Of a stretch of 64,000 nt of DNA, positions 54,250-64,000 are shown piece after piece; within the stretch, counting starts at the first letter, position 1, and the number at the start of each line of letters is the position of its first letter. The notes under the pieces were generated by a model. It saw only the letters and a program-made list of their open reading frames with translations, ran no database searches and was not told the origin of the DNA. This DNA is from Callorhinchus milii. Taxonomy: Eukaryota. The translations under genes were made by a program, and so were the position numbers. The DNA lies in NCBI RefSeq assembly GCF_018977255.1, contig NW_024704756.1, forward strand, positions 11,594,001 through 11,658,000. Reading direction: 5' to 3'.

Positions 54250-54583
54250 TTAATAATAATATAATAATTATAATAATCCTTGCATTTGATATAGCGCTTT
54301 TCACGTCAGGAGGACGTCCCAAAGCGCTTCACAGAACACACTGTAAAGTGATTTGACTGTATATTTGTGGGCGAACGCGGCAGCCAATTGCGCACAGCAA
54401 TGTCCCACAAACAGTCGTAGATTGAAAATGACCAATTTATTATTGTTTTGTTTTTTTGGAGGGATTATTATTAGGCGTGTGGAGTAAGGAAACTTGCCCA
54501 AGGTTTCGCCCTCTGCCTGGAATTGAACTCAGGTCTCTCACTTGCAAAGCGAGTGCTCTAACCACTGAGCTACAGGACTCCAC
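54250..54583 (-). mobile_element. Full-length young tRNA-SINE (right unit of dimer)
   Basis: Nearly identical to 45831-46165; A and B boxes intact; followed by TTAA. Confidence 0.97.
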
Positions 54584-56649
54584 TTAAGATTCACGGTGAC
54601 GTGTCACAATTGAACGCAATGGCCAATTTGCACACAACAATGTTCCTGAAATAGCCGTGATGTGAAAGGATCATTGAGGGGATCCCCAGATTAATCTCAT
54701 ACAGTCTGCTAATCGGAAATGCCCTGAAGTACTGTGTATGAATCAAGCCGAGGAACTGGAATATCAAGATCATCTCAGAGGGTCGACTTGTTCTCGGCAT
54801 TCAATTGCCAAGCATGTCACTTGGAGCCAGCTCAGCTACAAATAGATGCTTTTTACCTCTGTTTTTCTCACACACACACAAGGCCGCACAGATTGGCGGA
54901 TAGTCACTAGTTGATCATTTAACAAAGATTTTTTGTTTTTAGCAATGTTTGATTTTCATGCCAATATCAGACTCTCAATTATCAGTCCAATGTCAATGTT
55001 CCATAGTGTACTAGCATAGTTATGCTGCAATATGAAAGGTCTCACCACAAAATCTCCAAGAATGCTATAAATTAAACAAATTCATGATCTACGCCTAACT
55101 TTACAACAGATTTAGTCCACCACACTGAAATGTTTGCCTCGAACAAAGAGTGAATAGTGGAAAGAAGAAAAGCGCTCTTTATATTTACAACAGGCATCTT
55201 GGAAAGTCATCAATGAAAATTACAATAATATGTCTTTAATAGGGGATAAAGGGATTTTCACTCAGTCACTGCCATGTAGAATAGCTTATGATGATTGTTA
55301 ACAGGATAAGTTGAAGGTCCTAGACTCAAACACGTTCATATACCTTTGTAAATCACTTGTTCAGTGACAGTTAAGATCATACTGAAGTGTCTGAAACGTC
55401 TGGTAACCACACTTAAGGTACACGGGTGAAAGATGAACAAGGTAAATTGTTTCAGCCCTGTTAAGGGTTTAGGACAAAAGTGTAATTTGACCGATTAATA
55501 GATTTGTGGTAAAAACAAAGTGGAAACAAACACATGAAGGGATTGGTTAATATACAAAAACTATGAAGCAATGGCTAAAATTATTTATTTTTAAAGCTCT
55601 TTGGTAGTGAAGACTATGACAGGAACCAATAATGAATTTCAAATTGAAGAACTTCATGTAACTTGATAGGAGCAAAAAAAAACAAGCTCCTATGTTAATG
55701 CTGCTCTAGGTTTTCCACTATTATAGCAACGACAAGATAGGGCTCAAAGAATTGGATTGTTAGAGACTTTATGCTCAACAATTCTGACACTGTAATTTAA
55801 TTGACTATTATGATGGCACACTCTTATCCTAAATTAAGGAAATTTTTCAGAGCCTGTTTGAACAAGAAAGTATTTGAACTTGTTTTACAATAATGGCTTC
55901 TTTGATAGGGGTGATAAATTCATCTTGCTACAAGTGTAGCGATTTTGATTAAGTGCATTTATCATGGAACTTTCCCATTTATAATCTCACATTGTCAAAG
56001 TTACTGCAGGAAGAGAAATATAGTTCTCATTTTTTTTAGAAGGTAAGAGTAAGTAATATTACTTGATAGATAATGTTGATGCAAGGAACACGTAGTGATA
56101 CCAAAGTATCATTCGCATCTAATTCTTGAGCTTTTGAGTCATCCAAATGAACATGATCAGTGGCTGAGGTTTTGGGCCAGCATTGGAGTTAAAATGGCTG
56201 TATTAATAAGGTAAAATATCCTACAAGAAGGTGTACTCTAGAAACAAATGTGATCAAACTCTTGGCAAAGCAAGATTGCTGTGAGGATTCTCATATGATG
56301 TTTATGAGCTGTAGCAAACTTTTCAGTGTACTCTTAGAACGAGAATTTGCAAGGAATCTGATGAGAAAAAAAATCTCTCTGGGCCAAACTGCTTTAGAAT
56401 TATTGTTACGATTTATATATTTTCATTTACTTTTCAATAGGAGTCAATATTTAAAAAGGAATGAAGATGAAATGACACCAAAGGTAAACAGAACTTACAG
56501 CAGAACGTACAGTGGTCAATGTGTTGCTGAAGCAGTTTTCAAACTGGACTGTTCAAGGAACTGAGCCCACCCAAAAAGTCCCCAGAGGAACCAAACACCA
56601 TTAAGCAAACCATGGCTGTGCTTAATATTTAAGAAACCAAACTAAGATT

Positions 56650-56715
56650 ATTGTCCAGCACCTTGGGACGTTGTCCTGACATGAAAGGTGCTGTACAAAT
56701 GTAATTTTGTATTTA
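56650..56715 (+). mobile_element. Tail-only L2-type insertion
   Basis: tgtccagcaccttgggacgttgtcctgacatgaaaggtgctgtacaaatgtaattttgtatt. Confidence 0.8.
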
Positions 56716-57504
56716 TTCTTAAATATTTAACAGGGTGTAGCTGGACATACGTATGAAGTGGACTTACATTTAAATAGTAAATGCCTCAAATAGTTGAAAA
56801 CAGGCCAGATTGCTCCCAGGAAAGGATAAGCCCTTGATTGTGGTAGTTGTCTGAGCAATAACCAGGTGAAGAGGAAAGTTAGTCATGGAGGTAGGAGCCA
56901 CTTCAGTTTTAGCAGTGTGGAGGCTCTAATCTCCCTCAACAGGTCAAAAGATCATAACTGATTCCCTTCTCTTCCCTCGGGGACAATTTGTCTCAGCCTG
57001 AAGTAATCAGGAAATAGATTTAGCTGGCTTTACATCTCTGCTCTCCTGCCCCCCTCTCCCCTGGGACAACAGCCTGCGAGACGCTATATGTTGTTGCTTC
57101 TTCATTTGTGTAATTAAATAAACTGACAAATTCAGCAGGCCACATTTCCCAAGTTGCCAAGGATCAAGCTCAAAGCCCTTCTTCATCATTGTATTATTAC
57201 AGCGCAATGCCTTCCCCCCAGGTGAGAAACACGGAATGTGGCTTTAATAATTTCCCTTTTTTGTGAAAAGGCAGTAACTCACAAGTCCAACAGCTACCAG
57301 ATTGGCTTGTTCTCTCTAGAAATAATGTTGTTACACATTATTCTCTGGCCTCTGGTACAACATATTTTCTATTGTATTCTTTCCACAAACATGAAGCCTA
57401 TAGGACTCACTTTCATTCAAAGGCACTTGAAAATAAACTACTGAAGCCGATGTTAAGAAGGATTTCCAATTGCCCTTCTCTATCTGTCTTCAAGTCCATA
57501 CTTC

Positions 57505-57570
57505 AACAATAACAATAGCAAAACTACATTTGTATAGAGCCTTTCACTTCGGGAGGACATCCCAAGACAT
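57505..57570 (-). mobile_element. Tail-only L2-type insertion
   Basis: aacaataacaatagcaaaactacatttgtatagagcctttcacttcgggaggacatcccaag. Confidence 0.8.
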
Positions 57571-59665
57571 TATTCTATGTGAATGGTATTATGTAAATAT
57601 AGGTTGCTATTGTTATTGGTGATTTGTAACTATGATTCACTTTTGCTCATAGACACTTCAATGTATCTAACAACATTCACCTTGAAATTTATATATTTCA
57701 CTATTAAGCCAAGAATTTAATGTCTAAACTAAACATGTTAAATTAATGTCTTTAACTATGATTGGCTTTTCAAAATAACTATCACCAACCTTTCTTGAAT
57801 CAGGACTCTTAAATCAGCATCACACAGGGTAATTAGGTGGCTGCTTCTGAATAGATAAAAACTGACTAAAAAAAATTGACTAAGGAGCAAAAGGGAGAAG
57901 TCACAATGAATTGCTCTACCATTATAATCGAATGCCGTAACTTTAGTTCAGTATATATAATCCATGAGGGTGAATTGAACAGATCTGTCCCCAACTAGAA
58001 GGCTTCCATCAGCTGGGTAGCTAGCTAATCCGCGAAAGAACCAGGATTCTACCAGATGTGCCCAGACACTACGCCATATGGATTCATTCCAATACGGCTC
58101 AGTGTCCAGTTTTAGCTATACTGTGATCATCATTAGGATCACTTTCATGATGTATTACCATTCCTCGAAGCTAAGAATAAACTGTATCTGCACTACGGCA
58201 TGCAGTTTGAGTGAGTCACAACGCTAATGAATTGTATATGGAGTGAAGGTGAGCTCTCACTACTCCGACCGTGGCCATATTTGTCTGGATATCTTGTGCT
58301 TTCCGCTGTGGGCACTTTGGTTTGATCTGAGGCAGAGAAGTGGTCCCTGACAGTTATAATAGTCGCACACTTATTTCGCAAGAGAAACTCCACTGAAATC
58401 AGTCTTTAAAAAATGACTTCACACCTAAAAAAATGTTTAAAGAGGGTTATTATGTCAACACTGTTTGTTTCCCTCACCTCCAAGAATTAATTTGATGTAA
58501 TATTTGGTGAATGACTTCATGTGGGTGCTGTTTGAGGACCATTAATTGGTAGGAAGACAAGAGCCAGTTTTCATATTGATGGTTGAGGAGTGTCATTAGG
58601 ACAACTCAAACTGACGTGGGAGGTGGTTGAAGTTGGAGTTCAAGCCCATCCCATAATTGCCTGCTTATTTGACAAAAAAAGCACACCTTACTGGTCACAA
58701 GTGTGGACAGAACCAGCCTTACCAGTTTCTTCAGAAGCAAAAAAAAAGTTCATTCACCTGTGCAAATATAGCACGGAGCTCTGAAAAAACACTGGATTGA
58801 GCACAAAGATAAGGTAGGCCTCTGAAGGATTTGACCCGGTCTTCGGAAGGTGTGGTATAATGCAACGCAGCTGAGCAAATCATGGAATCTGTTGTGGCTG
58901 CCAGCGCATAACCTGCGTGACTGAGAACTTTGAAAAGGAAAGGTCACTAGCGCAGAATGGCTTCTGTGCTTGTGCTGTGGCCCATCCCTAGTTCAAGGAC
59001 ACTGCTAGCAGGCAACAGGTGACTTAAACCAAGCAGCACGATTGCAAATTACTGAGTATTAGAAGTATTTAGCCCTTGCTGGTCTTCAAAACAACATGTC
59101 TAAACCTGCAATAAATCAAAGTTATTACATAAACACTTTCCAATTATGTAGATCTGACCCAAGGCAAAATAATTACTAAACTTCGTAGGAGCTGAAAACT
59201 GAAGGTCTGAAACAAAAAGCATATGTTTCTGGAAATTATTTGGATGCCTTCAGTTTTCATATCTTTTAGTAACACCCAATGTAGTTAGATCTCATAGTAC
59301 AGTGGTATTCAAAACATGTGAGTTTTTCAGACTTGCAGTTCTGTGTGCCTTTGGGACTCCATTCACAGTCTATCCAGCTGTGCAGTGGTGACAGAGCTGA
59401 AATTCAATTGTATTCCATTTTGCTTACCGCCAGCAATAACAAAATAGGGAAATAATATTAGGAAGCAAGGCTATCCCAGCAGAAATCAAACAGGTGAAAG
59501 GACTGTATTAGAGCTATCAATACAATGGGTGTTTTTTGCCTTCTTCCTATGGGGAAGTATATTGGTTCAACAGGCATAATTGTTTCATTGGCACTCATGT
59601 CAGATTTGACACCTCAACAGATTTTTGCTGAGTGCATCCTGATGCTATCCTTTGCACTTGGCTTC

Positions 59666-59838
59666 ATAATAATCTTTGTATTTCATACATCACCTTGTCA
59701 ACGTGTCTCAAAGTGCTTTACAAGATTTTCCAGTGAAGTGTGTCGTGGCTGTATATTTATAGGCGAAAGCAACAGCGAATTTGCAAACAGTAAAGTCCCA
59801 GAAAGTGAATGACCAATTTTATCTGGGGGATTGTTGGA
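59666..59838 (-). mobile_element. Deu-type SINE 3' fragment
   Basis: gtctcaaagtgctttaca...ctgtatatttataggcgaaagcaacagcgaatttgcaaacagtaaagtcccagaaag...atgaccaattt. Confidence 0.75.
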
Positions 59839-61656
59839 CGAGATTTATAATCCTTAGAGTTTTAAACTTTGAGAAAAAACTCAAAGAAGTCATTCAATAT
59901 TAACCTTTATCCGACAGACAGGTGCTACTAGGCTGGCCCAAATGACTGTTGTTGTTACCTATAAAGCAATGGTGAAACATGACAGCAATTACCTAAAAAG
60001 GAAGTACTTTTAAGGTGTGTTGACATAATAAGTGACTATAAAAATGTTTTTTTTATTCTCTCTTAAAGTAATTTATTGCTTCACCTAATTTATAGTTTAT
60101 CTGATAGTAATGAAACAATATACACACAATGAATGTTTCTCTGCAAAATTTAATATAGTAGGCTTATAGTGTCCTGGAACACAGTTTGGAGAAATTAGAA
60201 TCATGGCAAGTATCAGAACTGCAGACTAAAGTTATTCTTTAGATCATGAAATTAAGTGTTCATTCTCTAAAATATTCCCATATAAACAGGCATTCTTTTT
60301 TTCTGAAAACTATGGTCCATCTTCCGAAGACATGTCTGGGTTGGGTTGTCGTAGGATGTTTGCGCAGCTAAAATAAAATGACGAAATTATCTGCTTGACC
60401 TGTTCCTGCTCCAATCCACCCTGTGCAGGTGCAGCCTTACAGAAACCTGACTACAATAGACTGGGGCATGAATCCACACAAGAGCTTAAGCACCTGCCAG
60501 CTCCTCATTACTCCAGGTGAACATTTGAGCGTGTAAAAAATGAAGCTCATGAAACTGGATATGTTGTCTCTTTATGTTAACTATTATTTTAGCTATATAG
60601 TACTGTACTAACTGTACATAAGGCAAAACACTGGTTAGAGATGGAGACATTTATATAAATGAACACAGGCATGTGTAAAAGTGCTGCACTGTCAAAGGAT
60701 TTTGGTTTGCAAGTCAATAAACCCTGTTTAGAAATAGGTAGTCAGTCTGATTTACCAAAATGGTATTTGAAATCTGGCTTTTTTCATGAAGTCTCCATAT
60801 GAAAATCTTTCAGATGCAACGATTCTTTTTAATCTATCCAAATGCACCATTGCTATGATTTTATAATGCCTCAATCTGATTTCTTTACCATGATTGATTT
60901 GAATGAATTAATGCTTCCAAATTAAAGTGTACGTAGTGTCCGTTGTAAAAGGCCTAATGGCATCCCTGGCAAGTGGTAATAGCCAAGGTCAGCAGTAGGT
61001 CAAGCTGCAGAAAGTAAACGCTAATTCACAAGTAGATAGTTAGTGATTCCTGCCTATTCGTTACAGGTGTGAATAAAAAAATCTTGATAATTAGAGTTGT
61101 CCTTTCTTTACTCAAGGCAGATCATACACTGACTCAGTAATAAAGATTACGTTATCAAGTAGTTAGTCAATATCATTGTTATACACCATCAACATTGTTT
61201 GTAGGCAAGTTAAGACTCTTCAATGCTGATAAGAATAGAATAGGGAAAATGAAGTAATTGGTTGGTTTAAAGTAACAAAGTCAAGTCAATATATTTCAAT
61301 AAATAAACTGCAACAGTGTTTAGGTTTGTAAGCCGATCAAATGTTGGACTGCCTTCGCTTTGTCCAGAATAAAATGTTGTTTAGAATCACTTGCCAAGGT
61401 AAATAGAACATGCTTTTCAAATATATAGATAAAATATATATAAATATATGGATTTACAAAGTGTAAGTCTAAAGAAGTGATGGTAACACTTGTTAACATG
61501 TTGTCAGTGACACTCTTGGAATATTGACAACATGTTATGGACCATGTAATATAATAAAATGTAAGAGAGATGCTAAATGTACAAAAGGATTCAATAAAGT
61601 AGACTGCTAATAGATTGTTTTTCAGTTGTTGGTGGATGAATGGAATTACCTGTATT

Positions 61657-61980
61657 ATAATAATAATAATAATAATAATAATAATCCTTGCATTTGATAT
61701 AGTGCTTTTCACGTCGGGAGGACGTCCCAAAGCGCTTCACAGAACACACTGTAAAGTGAATTGACTATATATTTGTGGGCGAACGGGGCAGCCAATTGCG
61801 CACAGCAATGTCCCACAAACAGTCGTAGATTGAAAATGACCAATTTATTATTGTTTTTGGTTTTGGAGGGATTATTATTATTAGGCGTATGGAGTAAGGA
61901 AACTTGCCCAAGGTTTCGCCCTGTCAGGTCTCTCACTTGCAAAGCGAGTGCTCTAACCACTGAGCTACAGGACTCCACAA
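61657..61980 (-). mobile_element. Young tRNA-SINE with a 13-bp B-box deletion
   Basis: cgccctg|tcaggtctctc lacks cctggaattgaac; candidate TSD GTAT at 61652-61655 and 61981-61984. Confidence 0.96.
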
Positions 61981-62584
61981 GTATGTTTTATATCAAATTA
62001 GATAAGTGCAAGTAACTTATCAAACCTGATTTGGGCAAAAAATATTTTTTTCTCCATAGTCAATTTGACCCAATAGAGATTAACTACTCAATCCTGTTTG
62101 GTTCTTTCATTATTTGTTTGATTTCTGCACGATTCATTTGTTTGGAGTTTTAGAAACTGCAACAGCCGAAAAATCTTCCAAAATGTTACTACAGATGTCT
62201 AAGAAAAACTACTTCTATTGACTTTAGTGGCTGATGGAAAATTTTTTGTGTCAATTTTCTAATCTCTTTATCAATCAAAGCAAAAGCTGAGGCAAGAATA
62301 TTTAGATACACATCATCACCACATCAAAACATATTTTATGAACTCACTGACTTTTGCTTTTCCGTTTCATACGCAAATAACTTGTAGTTTTTCTATCTCA
62401 TCATTTGATTTTGGTCTGTAGAAATATTTAAACATTTTGTAATCACAGACATGTTATGAATCATTTGACATTAGTCAGTGTTACACAAAGTACAGCAGGT
62501 TTGAATAACATCAGAATCAGATGTGTTCAGTCTCTTGTTCCACCATCTTAAGCGTTGATCAGAGGTTGTAGGGTAAATGGTGGG

Positions 62585-62943
62585 GTTTTTGTGTTCAAAT
62601 CCATTCATTTCCTGGCACCTCCCTACCTCTCCAACCTCCTCACTGCCCAATTCACCATATGGCACCTCCCCTTGACTGGCACCGGCCTCCTGCTTGTCCC
62701 TCGCACCCTCCGCCTTACCATTGGAGATCACTACACCACTATGCCCCAAAACTCTGGAACACACTCCCTCAATCTCTCCACCTTGCCCCTCTCTCCCCTC
62801 TTTCAAGTCCTGCCTGAAAACTTTCCTCTTCGACCATGCTTACCTCCTTCCCCCTGGCTCAGAGTCAGGCTCCACCATTGTTAAGCGCTCTGAGATGCTA
62901 CCCTGTGTGGAGGGTGCTATATAAGTGCAAGTTGTTGTTGTTT
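62585..62943 (+). mobile_element. L2-clade LINE 3' end
   Basis: VFKSIHFLAPPYLSNLLT..GLLLVPRTLRLTIGDH / APKLWNTLPQSLHL / FKSCLKTFLFDHAY; (GTT)n tail. Confidence 0.92.
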
Positions 62944-63044
62944 TGATACACAGGCAAGTTGGGGAACAGGTGAAGTGACAGATGCATCTACATCTATATA
63001 CTGGAGCCAGAATGAATGGATGAAAAATCACAAACAAGTAGACA

Positions 63045-63150
63045 AAATTGCCCACAAAATACAATCACTGCACTTGACATTATATCCTGTGAAGCACTTT
63101 GAGATGTCCTTCTGAAAGGAAAGGCGCAATGTCAAATGTAAGTATTATAA
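63045..63150 (+). mobile_element. Deu-type SINE 3' fragment
   Basis: gcccacaaaatac...attatatcctgtgaagcactttgagatgtcc...aaggcgcaatgtcaaatgtaagtatt; resembles 49380-49445. Confidence 0.75.
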
Positions 63151-63855
63151 AGGTGACATGCACAAGGGTGGAGTGGCAGCATTCCTATTTTAGCCTCGCC
63201 CATAAACACCCCATGTGGAGGAGAGGTTCACTCCCTCGTCACTCAAAAGTAAACAAGATAATTGAGCAATGGATCGCTGCCTTTGTGCTGAGGCAGGTTT
63301 AAATATCTGAGGCGTACCCAGGGCCTACTCCTATCCACAAGGATTACACAATCTTTCTGTTTAATGAAAGTAGGTCACACACTATGAACAACAAATGTTT
63401 GTGACAGGTAGAATAGGGATGAAGGGCAGAAAAAATTATCTGTATACGATTTTAAGTTATGATGTTTTTGTGAGTATTATAGAAGGAATTTATCCTCCTA
63501 AGAGGTGTTGTGTGTATGTGTCTCTGTCAGTTTTCATGAATTAGAAGAACATTATTATTGTACCGTGGTTGTTTTGTTCCACCCATGAGCTATTAATTCT
63601 ATTGAATAATTTTCACAGAAATTATTTCATTTGTTAGCCTAGAATTGGCCGAACCCATTGGAAACTATTTTCCTAACCTTGGGAATCGAAGTAACCAATT
63701 ATAGCGACAAATCTAATTACTTTTCTGGAACTTTCTCTAATTGCAGAAGAATGTCTGCTGAGTTCACTTTGTAGTAATGATCAGCCTGCATGTGAAAAGT
63801 ACATTAAACTTACACAAAATCATTAGAAAAACCTCATCACTGCATAAAAGTGTCA

Positions 63856-64000
63856 GTCTGGCATCAGAAGGTTATGGGTTCAACCACGGGTCCAAATCCC
63901 TGACTGTCTAGAGCCTTGGGATATCCTCCTGATGTGAAAGGCACTATACAAATGTTATTTTGTATTGTAGGTCAGGACTTGGAATCACACAGCCTAAGAT
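63856..64000 (+). mobile_element. Deu-SINE head interrupted by an L2 3' tail (~63888-63969)
   Basis: tcagaaggttatgggttcaa | gggtccaaatccctgactgtctagagccttgggatatcctcctgatgtgaaaggcactatacaaatgttattttgtattgta | gtcaggactt. Confidence 0.7.

Larger units (their letters stand above)
53863..54660 (-). mobile_element. Old Deu-type SINE 3' part split by two young SINEs
   Basis: Left piece aataatctttacattcgat...tcacagagcttt; right piece caatggccaatttgcacacaacaatgttcctgaaatag. Confidence 0.55.

Noticed and set aside
53924-54501. Recurrent ORFs MGKFPYSTRLIIIPPKPK / MGRPPDVKSAISNARIII
   Set aside because: Translations of SINE copies; indels between copies shift the frames, so no coding constraint
55300-55650. 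Possible further CR1 3' relic; other old SINE-like pieces near 21380-21600, 35340-35480, 51100-51270 and 56850-57000
   Set aside because: Too decayed to assign by eye
55667-55693. 8-bp hairpin ataggagc...gctcctat, and other short local duplications (27944-27983, 37202-37235, 52788-52808)
   Set aside because: Short enough to be expected from chance or slippage
23757-61980. CRISPR-like or prokaryotic repeat system
   Set aside because: Repeats are dispersed ~300-bp retroposons with tails and TSDs; there is no repeat-spacer array and no cas-like ORF; the sequence is eukaryotic

Overview
AT-rich, CpG-poor vertebrate non-coding DNA (intergenic or a very large intron). I can support no intact protein-coding gene, structural RNA gene or CRISPR array, and the ORF track looks like chance ORFs or ORFs inside repeats. 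The repeat content (Deu-domain/SacSINE1-like SINEs, LF-SINE-like and AmnSINE2-like relics, L2 and CR1 LINE fragments) suggests a cartilaginous fish, possibly a holocephalan; this is inference. The dominant feature is a young ~310-bp tRNA-Ala(TGC)-headed SINE with an (ATT)n tail: six long copies, all on the minus strand, plus tail-only copies. It shares a 3' stem-loop with local L2 LINE ends, and a compensatory T-A/C-G base-pair change is visible between the two. The window also holds nested insertions with TSDs, a perfect 27-bp hairpin at 3851-3923, several decayed palindromic elements, candidate enhancer-like blocks and a few unidentified coding-like relics. I found no convincing new biological system. 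Repeat family names come from recalled consensus motifs and need Dfam/Repbase confirmation. Boundaries of old elements are approximate.
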